Below the pieces are notes generated by a model. It saw nothing but the letters and a program-made list of their open reading frames with translations, was not told the DNA's origin and did no database searches. Below, in pieces: positions 1 to 8,623 of a stretch of 51,083 nt of DNA (the first letter of the stretch is position 1; each line of letters begins with the position of its first letter). The stretch comes from Thermoplasmatales archaeon SW_10_69_26 (lineage in GTDB: Archaea; Thermoplasmatota; SW-10-69-26): positions 1 through 51,083 of the forward strand of contig PXUB01000046.1 of the NCBI GenBank assembly GCA_003009755.1, in the 5' to 3' direction. The translations under genes and the position numbers were made by a program.

Positions 1-335
1 ACCAGCTCGACCGTCCGGTCACAGACGACAAGGGTCCTTTTCGCCCTCTGCACCCCGATGCTACTCCCGTCAGATCCCGTGACCTGACGGGACCCCTGAG
101 TCTCCGAGACTGAGTTCCAGTATCTGTAGGTCGGGCGTTGGCAGTTTTCATCTCGCGCCAGTTCGACCAGAGCGAGAAGGCAGCCTCTATTGAGAGCCAA
201 CGGTCAGCACCCAGCATTGAGTAATGGTCCTCGAGTGGGGCTGGCGGCCCGCCGGCAGGCTCCAGTCAGAACGCCTCGCCGGTCATCGTCTCGAGTATAC
301 CCCAGGCTGCCCCCCCCAACCAACACATTGACCCC

Positions 336-366
336 AGTCTATATGTGTGTATAGACTCTCGTCTAT
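336..366. promoter_or_regulatory. Overlapping inverted repeats, probable ArsR operator/promoter
   Basis: AGTCTATA-tgtgtg-TATAGACT (336-357) and ATAGAC-tctc-GTCTAT (351-366), AT-rich, immediately before the ArsR ATG at 372. Confidence 0.6.
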
Positions 367-371
367 GCGAG

Positions 372-740
372 ATGGTTCCCGCCGACGACATCGAGACCCG
401 CCTCGAACGGCTCTCGAACGAGACCGACACGTGTTCGCTCGCCGAGTTCCAGGACAAGGCCGAGGACCTCCGCTCGGACCCCGGCTTCGAGCGGGCTGTC
501 CTCCAGGCGGGCGCCCTCGCCAACGAGAAACGCCTGATCACGCTGGCTCTACTGGCGGAACGCGACAGCCTGTGCGCCTGCGAGATCCAGGCCGCACTGG
601 ACTGCACGAACCCCACGGTCAGCCACCACATGGACTGCCTGCTCACGGCCGACCTCGTCACGAGCGAGAAGCGCGGCAAGTGGAAGCACTACGAACTCAC
701 CGACGACGGCCGCCGGCTGGTGGCCGAGGTGCTGCCCTGA
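372..740 (+). CDS. arsR: ArsR/SmtB family metalloregulatory repressor
   Basis: ALANEKRLITL...LCACEIQAALDCTNPTVSHHM...KRGKWKHYEL winged HTH with CxC metal box; ATG 372 preferred because 345 lies inside the operator. Confidence 0.9.
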   Translation: MVPADDIETRLERLSNETDTCSLAEFQDKAEDLRSDPGFERAVLQAGALANEKRLITLALLAERDSLCACEIQAALDCTNPTVSHHMDCLLTADLVTSEKRGKWKHYELTDDGRRLVAEVLP

Positions 741-742
741 CG

Positions 743-1651
743 ATGCTCGGTGTCGAGCTCAGCCGGGAAGCGCTCGCGTTCCTCGGCTTCCTCACGGTCG
801 AGTTGACGGCCATCTACCTAGCAGTCGTGTTCCTGGTGGAGATCGTCCAGTCCCGCCTCGGAGACGACCGGATGCGCGATCTGATGGGCGGAGACATGGG
901 CCCGTCCCGGTTCCTCGTCGCCGCCGGGCTGGGAGCCTTGACGCCGTTCTGCTCCTGCTCGACGGTCCCCGTCGTCGCGGGCATGAACCGGGCGGGCGTG
1001 GCCTGGCCGGTGCTCAGCTCGTTCCTGATCATCTCGCCGCTCGTGAACCCGGCGCTGTTCGCCCTCATGTGGGGCCTGGTCAGCGTCGAGTACGCCCTCC
1101 TCTACGTCGGCGCCTCCCTGCTGGTCGCGGTCGCCGTGGGGATCGTCATCCACAACGCCGGATGGGGACAGGAGGCCACCTCGACCGAGACCGAGCCTTG
1201 CTGCGACAGCGGCGAGACCAGCCAGCGCCAACAGGACGGCTGGGCGCTCCGCGAGGCGTGGGCCGAAGCCTGGTCCTCGACGGTGCACATGGTCCCGATC
1301 TTCGTGGCCGCCGGCCTGATCGGCACGGCGCTGAAGTTCTGGATCGGGACCGGATGGATCGAATCCATCCTGGCCAGCACCGGCTGGTGGGGCGTCCCCG
1401 TCGCCGCCGTCGTCGGCCTGCCCGTCTACGCGTCGACCGCGGTCCTGCTCCCGCTGGGCGCCCTGTTGCTCCAGCAGGGCGCCGGGCTCGGCATCGTGAC
1501 GGCGTTCCTGATGGGTGCGACCGGGTTCAGCATCCCCGAGGGGATGATGCTCCAGGAGATCATCGGCGGTCGCCGGTTGGCCGTGATCGCGGGCGCGTTC
1601 ACCGTGGCCGTCGTGGGCGCCGGCTACGGGTTCCAGCTGCTGGGGGTGTAG
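743..1651 (+). CDS. DUF318/ArsP-type permease
   Basis: LTPFCSCSTVP, FLIISPLVNP, GLPVYAS and GFSIPE motifs; multiple TM helices; directly after arsR. Confidence 0.85.
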   Translation: MLGVELSREALAFLGFLTVELTAIYLAVVFLVEIVQSRLGDDRMRDLMGGDMGPSRFLVAAGLGALTPFCSCSTVPVVAGMNRAGVAWPVLSSFLIISPLVNPALFALMWGLVSVEYALLYVGASLLVAVAVGIVIHNAGWGQEATSTETEPCCDSGETSQRQQDGWALREAWAEAWSSTVHMVPIFVAAGLIGTALKFWIGTGWIESILASTGWWGVPVAAVVGLPVYASTAVLLPLGALLLQQGAGLGIVTAFLMGATGFSIPEGMMLQEIIGGRRLAVIAGAFTVAVVGAGYGFQLLGV

Positions 1652-1656
1652 CAAGG

Positions 1657-2115
1657 ATGAGCTTAGCGATCGAGCCCGCCCGCGACGAGCTGGCCCTCGT
1701 CCGTCGGTTGTTGGCGGCCAACGGCCTCCCCCACGCGGACGTCCACGACAAGCCACAGGCCTTCCACCTCATCCATCGGGCGGACGAACTCGTCGGAGCC
1801 GCAGGCCTCGAGATCCACGACCCGCATGCCCTCTTACGGTCGCTCGTCTTCCGCCCCCGCCACCGCGGTCACGGGCACGGGACCGAGATCTGCCGGCGGC
1901 TGGAACGGCGGGCCCAGACCCAGGACGTTCAGACGATGTACCTGTTGACGACGACCGCGGCCGGCTTCTTCCGCCAGCGGGGCTACGAGGTGATCAAGCG
2001 GACCGCGGCGCCGGCTGCGATCCAGCGGACGAGCGAGTTCTCCAAGCTTTGCCCGGCCTCCGCCACCTGCATGGCCAAGCCCCTGGACAGCTCCTCGACC
2101 AATAGGGGTCGGTGA
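1657..2115 (+). CDS. arsN2: Arsenic-resistance GNAT N-acetyltransferase (ArsN2-like)
   Basis: GLP.AD, GLE...ALLRSL, RGHGHG, YLLTTTAAGFF, SEFSKLCPASATCM signature; in ars operon. Confidence 0.85.
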   Translation: MSLAIEPARDELALVRRLLAANGLPHADVHDKPQAFHLIHRADELVGAAGLEIHDPHALLRSLVFRPRHRGHGHGTEICRRLERRAQTQDVQTMYLLTTTAAGFFRQRGYEVIKRTAAPAAIQRTSEFSKLCPASATCMAKPLDSSSTNRGR

Positions 2116-2119
2116 GCGG

Positions 2120-2704
2120 TCACCGCCGGCGACGGCAGAGGAGGCCGGTGGCTCCGAGAGCCGCCAGCGCGATCCACGGCCCGGACGGGATCCGGTCCTC
2201 GCCGGGGTCGCCGATCGTCTGGTTCTCGGCCTTCTGGACGGAATCGCCAGGGTACACGTTGCGGCTGAGGTGCATGCCTTGCTGCTCGTGGTCGCCGACG
2301 TCGCAGAACAGGTGCAGCGTATCGGTGCCACGGGGGACCGCGACCGTCTGCTCGACCGACTCGCCGGGCTCGATCGGGCCCAGTTCGACGAACGCCGCTT
2401 CGGTAGGGGTACCGTTCCCGGGGTCGGCCTCGGCCCCGGGCGCGATGACCAGCCGGTGCGAGCTGGTGCCGTTGTTCGTGAACGTGAGCGCCAGCTCGTC
2501 GTCGTCCTCGATGAGGCCGGTGGCGTCACCGCCGATCGCGAAACACGGGGCGGTCTCCTGCACGCAAGAGGACGCCTCGTCGTGCGCGGTGACGGGCATG
2601 CCGTGGACGTCCCGGTCGGCCACAGCGGAGCCGGCGAAAGCCACCGAGGCGACCAACGCCACAACCACGGCCGCGAGGACGATCCGGACCGAGGTCGCTC
2701 GCAT
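2120..2704 (-). CDS. Secreted cupredoxin (type-1 blue copper) protein with C-terminal anchor
   Basis: Signal peptide; FTNNGTSSH and FCDVGDHEQQGM (H...C-x4-H-x4-M ligands); C-terminus IPSGPWIALAALGATGLLCRRRR. Confidence 0.75.
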   Translation of the reverse strand: MRATSVRIVLAAVVVALVASVAFAGSAVADRDVHGMPVTAHDEASSCVQETAPCFAIGGDATGLIEDDDELALTFTNNGTSSHRLVIAPGAEADPGNGTPTEAAFVELGPIEPGESVEQTVAVPRGTDTLHLFCDVGDHEQQGMHLSRNVYPGDSVQKAENQTIGDPGEDRIPSGPWIALAALGATGLLCRRRR

Positions 2705-2732
2705 CTCGACCCCGCCAGGGAACCGGAGGCTT

Positions 2733-3350
2733 TCAACGTTCATGGTTGAGGGCCTCCCCGGACCGGCGGGGAGGGACGAGCAAGCTGGTGGCGCCGGCGG
2801 CCACGAACCCCTTGGCGAGGTCGACGGGCACGAACTGGACCACGCCCTGGGCCAGCGCCGGACCCCACCCCATGCCGGTGACGGTGACAAGGCCAACCCA
2901 ACCGAGCGCGTAGACCGCAAGCAGCCCGACGAGACCGGACGCCGTGCGCGCCAGGAAGGCGGCGGACTCGCCCCTCGACCAGCGCCACAACAGGCCCGAG
3001 AGCAGACGGGCACGCTCGACACGAGCACGGTCCGGCCATGGCCCTCGGTCGCCGATAGCCCGGAGACGCCAAGCAGACCCAGGCCGAGCCCGAAGAGGGT
3101 GACGTAGCCGGCGAGGGCGGGCACGCCCGGCGAGCCACCGTGTCCTGGCTGGCTTTGTCGAGGGAGCGCCGGAATCGGTCGCCGGTGGCGCCGGCGGCCA
3201 GCGGCATCGCGAAGAGGGAGCCGGCGGTCGCTGCGAGGAAGACCTCGGCTCCGCTGCCCTCGTCGCCGAAGACCGGCAGCCCGAACGCTCCCAACAGGAG
3301 GTAGACGTCCATCGACGCGTACCCCTTCCAGACGCCGAGCACGAGACCGG
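2733..3350 (-). pseudogene. bioY: Fragmented biotin transporter BioY
   Basis: AGLVLG...YLLLGAFGLPVF...TAGSLFAMPLAA in one frame and VYALGWVGL...ALAQGVVQFVPVDLAK in another; N-terminus missing. Confidence 0.7.
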
Positions 3351-3386
3351 CGCGAGAGCGTAAGCAAAACACGTCCGGCAGTCTAG
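3344..3386. repeat. Dispersed CTAG-bounded repeat, copy 1 (right arm only)
   Basis: AGACCGGCGCGAGAGCGTAAGCAAAACACGTCCGGC matches 18602-18637 at 32/36 and ends in CTAG. Confidence 0.7.
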
Positions 3387-3715
3387 GGGTCGGGGAAGTC
3401 GGTGTCCGGTTGGCCGATCTTGCCTTCCCGGATCTGGTCGAAGAAGTTCTCGACGACGTGACGCCCGTCCTCGCCGAACCCGTGGAAGATGTTCTGCAGG
3501 AAGCTGAGGGTGTTGCCGGCTTCGTCGGTGAGCTCCAGGCGGGACTCCTCGAAGTCGCAGTTGACGATCCGGACCCCGGGGGAGCCGTCGTAGACGAGCC
3601 GGCAGCTCTCGAACCGGCAGTTCCGGAACTCGTCGTCGCCGAGCTCGATCCGTTCCTGGGTGAAGACCTCTCCCTCGTGGCGCATCAGGGGGTCAGCCGG
3701 GAAGGGGCTCATCAC
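3383..3715 (-). CDS. Hypothetical protein with pentapeptide-like beta repeats
   Basis: Coding-like codon usage; FRNCRFESCRLVYDG...NCDF...AGNTLSFL pattern; start may be ATG 3685. Confidence 0.65.
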   Translation of the reverse strand: MMSPFPADPLMRHEGEVFTQERIELGDDEFRNCRFESCRLVYDGSPGVRIVNCDFEESRLELTDEAGNTLSFLQNIFHGFGEDGRHVVENFFDQIREGKIGQPDTDFPDP

Positions 3716-3842
3716 CGTTCGCCCCCAAGACAGGGCTCGCGGCGCGGGGAGATGGGTGGGAGGGGAACCAGGGCAAGCGGTTTATGACCCGAGGTCGGGA
3801 GCCACGGGGGACGCCGAGGGCCGCCGCTCTTGGAGGACCCAC

Positions 3843-4241
3843 ATGGGACGCAACATGCTCGTCGCCGACGACTCCCCGGCCATCCGGGCAGTGATCACGG
3901 ATGCCCTGCAGGAGTCGGGGATCCGCGAAGAGGACATCGCCACCGCCGAGAACGGGGAGCAGGCGGTCGAGAAGTACCAGGAGGTCGATCCCGAGATCAT
4001 CTTCATGGACCTCAACATGCCGCGGAAGAACGGCTGCGAGGCGGCCGAGGAGATCTTGACCCAGAACCCTCGCGCGCACGTGGTCGCCGTCACCGGGTTG
4101 CGCGAGGACAAGGAGATCGTCGAGGAGATCCGCTCGGTCGGGGCCTTCGACATCCTGCAGAAACCGCTGAGGTTCCAGGACATCAAGGACGTGCTCAACC
4201 GGGTCCGGGAGGAGCGCCGTGGTGCCGACCGGATCCCCTAG
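3843..4241 (+). CDS. Stand-alone response regulator receiver (CheY-like)
   Basis: LVADDS, IFMDLNMPRKNG, VAVTG, LQKP; TTTATG box at ~3781. Confidence 0.9.
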   Translation: MGRNMLVADDSPAIRAVITDALQESGIREEDIATAENGEQAVEKYQEVDPEIIFMDLNMPRKNGCEAAEEILTQNPRAHVVAVTGLREDKEIVEEIRSVGAFDILQKPLRFQDIKDVLNRVREERRGADRIP

Positions 4242-4657
4242 CGCGGCCGGCCCTGGGATCGATATCGGTCACGTGCTCGTGGTCGACGACTCGCCCGCGA
4301 TCCGTCGGACCGTCGAGGACGCGTTGGCGAACCTCGGTGTGCCCGACGAGCGGATGACCGTGCTCGAGTCCGGTGACGACGCCTTGGCGACGTTCACGCC
4401 GTCGTCACCGGATCTGGTGCTTTTGGGTCCCTCGATGCCGAGCCTGGACCCCTACGACGACCCGGGCGATGCTGTTAGAGGAACCGGACACGACGATCGT
4501 CCCGCTCACGGAGAAGACCAAGGACCACCCCCGCATCGGTGAGCTGGCGTCCTTCGGGGTGTACGACGTTCTCCGCAAACCGGTGCGGGTCAGCGATCTG
4601 GAATCGCTGATGCGCTCGATCGAGGAGGAGAACGCCGGTGCCGGCCGGATCTCTTGA
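4219..4657 (+). pseudogene. Second receiver-domain gene, frameshifted
   Basis: VLVVDDSPAIR...PDLVLLG in one frame, continuing as ...FGVYDVLRKPVR...GAGRIS in another; shift near 4455-4465. Confidence 0.75.
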
Positions 4658-5332
4658 CTAGTTCTTGCGCTCTTGGACGCCGTCGTCGGTGCCGACCAGG
4701 CAGCGCTCGGCGACATCGAGGAACAGGCCGTGCTCGAGCACGCCCACGGTGCGGTCCAAGCGGTGAGCCAGCGCCTGGGGGTCCTCGATCGGGCCGGTGG
4801 CGAGGTCGAGGATGACGTTGCCGTTGTCGGTGCGGAACGGGTCCCCGTCGTCGGTGCGCAGCTCGGGGTCGAGGTCCACCAGTTCCTCGCGCACGAGCGG
4901 GAGCGCGTACTCGACGACCTCGATGGGGAGATCGAAGCCCTCGCCGAGCGTGTCGGCCGCCTTGGAGGCGTCGACGATCGCGACGAAGCGGTCGCTGGCC
5001 GTGGCGACCACCTTCTCGCGGAACAGGGCGCCGCCGCCACCTTTGATGAGGTCGAGGTCGGGGGCGACCTCGTCGGCGCCGTCGATCGTGAGCGCCAGTC
5101 GAGGTTCCTCGTCGAGGGTCGTCGTCGGGATGCCCAGCTCCTCGCAGCGGCGCTGGGTGTCGTGGCTGGTCGGGACCCCGCGCACGGAGAGGGTCTCCTC
5201 TTCGATGCGGTCGGCGAGCGCGACGAGGAAGGCGGCCACCGTCGAGCCCGATCCCAGTCCCAGCAGCTGTCCGTCGTCGACGAGCTCCGCGGCGCGGCGT
5301 CCGACCTTGCGTTTGGCCTCGGCTTGGTCCAC
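4658..5332 (-). CDS. rpiA: Ribose-5-phosphate isomerase A
   Basis: GLGSGST, TIDGADEV, IKGGGGALFREKVVA, TDNGN, GVLEHGLF. Confidence 0.97.
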   Translation of the reverse strand: MDQAEAKRKVGRRAAELVDDGQLLGLGSGSTVAAFLVALADRIEEETLSVRGVPTSHDTQRRCEELGIPTTTLDEEPRLALTIDGADEVAPDLDLIKGGGGALFREKVVATASDRFVAIVDASKAADTLGEGFDLPIEVVEYALPLVREELVDLDPELRTDDGDPFRTDNGNVILDLATGPIEDPQALAHRLDRTVGVLEHGLFLDVAERCLVGTDDGVQERKN

Positions 5333-5403
5333 GGTTCCACCGGCGATGCGCAGTCACCGAAGCCCTATAATACCCCCCTCTGCTTGCTCGGCGAGACCCG
5401 AGG

Positions 5404-6036
5404 ATGTTGCGCGAGTGCCCGGAGCACGGCGACTATCGGGGCGGTGAATGCCCCGATTGCGGGGCCGAGGGTGACTACCTGATGAACGACGAGGAGCTGA
5501 ACCACCTCGGTCGCATCATGGCCGGGATCTTGCGGCACTTCCCGGACCGGTTCGGGCTCGAGATGGACGAGACGGGCTGGATCGATCTCGAGGAGATGGT
5601 CGAGGCGATCCAACGCAAGCGCGATCGGTTCCACTGGCTGTCGCCTCGCCACGTGAACGCCGTCGTCCAGACGGATCCGAAGGGTCGCTACGAGCTTGAG
5701 GACGACCGGATCCGGGCGACGTACGCGCACTCGCTGGACCTAGCATGGGACTTCCCCACCGAGGGGATCCCTGAGACGCTGTACTACCCCGTCTCCGAGG
5801 AGGAGCTGGATCTCGTGCTCGACCGCGGGTTGCAGCCCCGCGACCGCTCGCTCGTGCACCTGTCCGAGACCTACGAGTCGGCGGTCTCGGCGGGCCTGCG
5901 CCGCGTGGAGAACCCGATCATCCTGGAGGTCGCCGCCCAGAAGGCCAACGAGGACGGGAACACGGTCTGGAACGCCGCCAAGACCGTGTACACGACCGAG
6001 GAGGTCCCGCCGGAGTACATCTCCCGCAGCCAGTGA
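5404..6036 (+). CDS. kptA: RNA 2'-phosphotransferase (KptA/Tpt1)
   Basis: N-terminal C-x2-H...C-x2-C zinc knuckle, LRHFP, KGRYE, IRATYAHS, VHLS. Confidence 0.92.
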   Translation: MLRECPEHGDYRGGECPDCGAEGDYLMNDEELNHLGRIMAGILRHFPDRFGLEMDETGWIDLEEMVEAIQRKRDRFHWLSPRHVNAVVQTDPKGRYELEDDRIRATYAHSLDLAWDFPTEGIPETLYYPVSEEELDLVLDRGLQPRDRSLVHLSETYESAVSAGLRRVENPIILEVAAQKANEDGNTVWNAAKTVYTTEEVPPEYISRSQ

Positions 6037-6096
6037 CCTCGTCCGGGTGGCAACCTTCTTCAGGGGGGACCCGTTAGCCGGCCCCGCTCACATCGT

Positions 6097-6170
6097 GCCG
6101 GGGTGGCTCAGTCTGGCAGAGCGCCGGACTCATAATCCGTAGGTCTCGGGTTCGAATCCCGATCCCGGCA
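6097..6170 (+). tRNA. tRNA-Met (CAT), elongator type
   Basis: GCCGGGG/TCCCGGC acceptor, CTCATAA anticodon loop, GGTTCGAATCC T-arm, no intron. Confidence 0.93.
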
Positions 6171-6316
6171 TCGATCGCACCCGAGGGTGAGGGATGAGAA
6201 CCTCCGGGTTCGTCTCAAGAGACGGCAACGATCACGCTGTCTCTTGAGACGCCACGGGCCGAGCACCGCGAGGCCCGTCCGCGAATCCCGATCCCGGCAT
6301 AGACCGCACCCAAGGG
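6171..6316 (+). repeat. tRNA-linked repeat ending in a duplicate of the tRNA-Met 3' end
   Basis: 6153-6187 repeated at 6282-6316 (32/35); three internal hairpins. Confidence 0.8.
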
Positions 6317-6530
6317 CTGGTGGATCGAGCACGGCCTTCGGCCCAACACGTCCCGAGGCCGCAGCCTCAGCGCCGCTGGTTTCGTCTGCTGGTGGACCTT
6401 CACGCAGGACGATCGTGGCCTGACCCGTGTCGGCGCGGGCGCGTCGACGCAAGCTGGCACCCCTCCCTCCAGCCCCTGACCCTCGTCCCATCTGCGAGTA
6501 GGTACCCACCAGCTTTTATGCAGGGTTGCT

Positions 6531-7148
6531 ATGGCGTCGGTGATGGCCCCTGACGGGCTCAAGATCGTCGGTCCCGCGGACCTGCCGACGCCGATCGGCC
6601 GCTTCGACGTGTACGCGTTCGAGCATCCGGACCTCGAGGGCAAGCACGCCCTGCTGGTCAAGGGCGACGTCGACGTCGGCGGGGACGAGGGCGTCCTGTG
6701 CCGCGTGCACAGCGCCTGCCTCACGGGCGAAACGTTCCACTCCGCACGGTGCGATTGCGGCGCGCAGTTCGACGAGGCGCTCGAGCGCATCGACGAGGCG
6801 GGCTGCGGCGTGCTCGTGTACCTTAACCAGAAGGGCCGCGGCATCGGGCTCGTCAACAAGATCCGCGCGTACAAGCTGCAGGACGAGGGCCACGACACGG
6901 TCGACGCCAACCAAGAGCTGGGCTTCCCCGCGGATGCGCGAGGCTACGAGCCGGCCGCCGACGTGCTCGCCGAGATCGGTGTCGAGCGGGTCCGCTTGAT
7001 GACGAACAACCCCGACAAGGTTCAGGCCCTCCAGGAAGCCGGCGTGCGCGTGGAGGAGCGCGTGCACCTGCACGTGGAAGCCGGCGAACGGGGTCAAGAC
7101 TACCTCGCGACGAAGCGCGACCGGATGGGCCACCTGTTGCCGCGCTGA
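6531..7148 (+). CDS. ribA: GTP cyclohydrolase II
   Basis: RVHSACLTGETFHSARCDCGAQ, GRGIGLVNKIRAYKLQD, LMTNNPDK, YLATKRDRMGH; start may be 6543. Confidence 0.95.
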   Translation: MASVMAPDGLKIVGPADLPTPIGRFDVYAFEHPDLEGKHALLVKGDVDVGGDEGVLCRVHSACLTGETFHSARCDCGAQFDEALERIDEAGCGVLVYLNQKGRGIGLVNKIRAYKLQDEGHDTVDANQELGFPADARGYEPAADVLAEIGVERVRLMTNNPDKVQALQEAGVRVEERVHLHVEAGERGQDYLATKRDRMGHLLPR

Positions 7149-7220
7149 GGCGCGGCTGGTGGTCGGCTCGGAGAAGGTTTTTGCGCGCGGGCATGGTTGC
7201 AGCGCCGGCCGGTGGCTTCG

Positions 7221-8516
7221 ATGGCTGACCCCGAACAGCACGCGGACTTCGTGTACGACCAGATCGAGCAGCACCACGACCTCTTCGGCACGGGCCTGCC
7301 GATGATCGCGAGCGAGAACTGCATCTCGCCCACCGCGCGACGGCTGCTGGCCAGCGACTTCCACGACCGCTACGCCGAGGGGCGGCCCGGCAAGCGCTAC
7401 TACCAGGGCCTCGAGCACGTCGACGAGGTCGAACGCCGCTGCGAGCAGCTCGCCGGCGAGCTGTTCGATGCCGCCTACACCGATACGCGGCCCACCGCGG
7501 GCACGACCGCGAACATGGCCGTGTTCTTCGCCCGCACCGAGCCCGGCGACACCGTGCTCACGCTCGACACCGACGACGGAGCCCACATCAGCCACGCGCC
7601 GATCGGTGCGGCCGGGCTGCGGGGTCTGAACGTCGAGAAGCTGCCCGCCGACCCCGACCGGTTGACCGTCGACGCCGACCGCGCCGCCGAGCAGATCCGC
7701 GAGGTCGAGCCCGACGTCGTCCTGCTGGGGCAAAGCCTGTTCCTGTTCCCGGCACCGGTCGAGCAGCTGGCGGGCCCGGCCGCCGAGGTCGGTGCCGACC
7801 TCGTCTACGACGGCGCCCACGTGCTGGGCTTGATCGGCGGCGGCCAGTTCCAGGATCCGCTGCGGGAGGGGGCCGACGTCGTGACCGCCAGCACGCACAA
7901 GACCCTGCCGGGTCCCCAGGGCGGCATCGTGCTCTCGGACAAGGACCCCGAGGAGGCGGAGTCGTTCACCGACGGCCTCGACAAGGGCGTGTTCCCCGGC
8001 ACCGTCTCCAACCACCACTTGCACCACATGGCAGCCAAGACCGTTGCCTTCGCCGAGCACCTTGCCTTCGGCGAGGACTACGCGGAGGCGATCGTCGAGT
8101 CCAGCCAGGCGCTGGCGGGAGCCCTGGCCGAGCGCGGCCTGACCGTCCTCTGCGAGGAGCACGGCTACACGGAGAGCCACCAGGTGGCCGTCGACGTCGG
8201 CGACCACGGCGGCGGGAAACAGCTCGCCCAGCGCCTCGAGGAGGCCGGCATCATCTGCAACATGAACATGATCCCCGGCGACGAGAACCCGCTCGATCCC
8301 TCAGGCCTGCGGCTGGGAACCCAGGAGCTGGTCCGCACCGGCATGGGACCCGACGAGATGGATCAGGTCGCCGAGTTCTACGCCCGTGTCATCCTGAAGG
8401 ACGAGACCCCGGACAGCGTGGCCGAGGACGTGGCCGCGTTCGCCGACCGGTTCGACGAGGTGCACTACTGCTTCGACCCTGGGCAGGAGGCTTACCGGTT
8501 CTGGGAGCTGTCTTGA
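7221..8516 (+). CDS. glyA: Serine hydroxymethyltransferase
   Basis: IASEN, YAEGRPGKRYYQG, YDGAHVLGLI, STHKTLPGPQGG (PLP lysine), SGLRLGT. Confidence 0.97.
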   Translation: MADPEQHADFVYDQIEQHHDLFGTGLPMIASENCISPTARRLLASDFHDRYAEGRPGKRYYQGLEHVDEVERRCEQLAGELFDAAYTDTRPTAGTTANMAVFFARTEPGDTVLTLDTDDGAHISHAPIGAAGLRGLNVEKLPADPDRLTVDADRAAEQIREVEPDVVLLGQSLFLFPAPVEQLAGPAAEVGADLVYDGAHVLGLIGGGQFQDPLREGADVVTASTHKTLPGPQGGIVLSDKDPEEAESFTDGLDKGVFPGTVSNHHLHHMAAKTVAFAEHLAFGEDYAEAIVESSQALAGALAERGLTVLCEEHGYTESHQVAVDVGDHGGGKQLAQRLEEAGIICNMNMIPGDENPLDPSGLRLGTQELVRTGMGPDEMDQVAEFYARVILKDETPDSVAEDVAAFADRFDEVHYCFDPGQEAYRFWELS

Positions 8517-8530
8517 CCCTCGATCGACGC

Positions 8531-8545
8531 CGAAAACTTTTATAC
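8531..8545 (+). promoter_or_regulatory. Archaeal BRE-TATA promoter
   Basis: CGAAAACTTTTATAC upstream of the 8624 ORF. Confidence 0.7.
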
Positions 8546-8623
8546 GGGCTAGCCCTACCCTGGGGTGCGCCCTCACCGGTGGCTTTCACCGGTCTTCGGG
8601 ACGATCGCTGAGAGGTTCGTCGG

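Noticed and set aside
1-260. Hairpin at 66-91 and a weak match to the CTAG-repeat family near 150-190
   Set aside because: Similarity too short and the window edge prevents assessment
6320-6530. Possible FMN riboswitch upstream of ribA
   Set aside because: No RFN consensus visible, and a TTTTAT box at ~6514 suggests a nearly leaderless transcript
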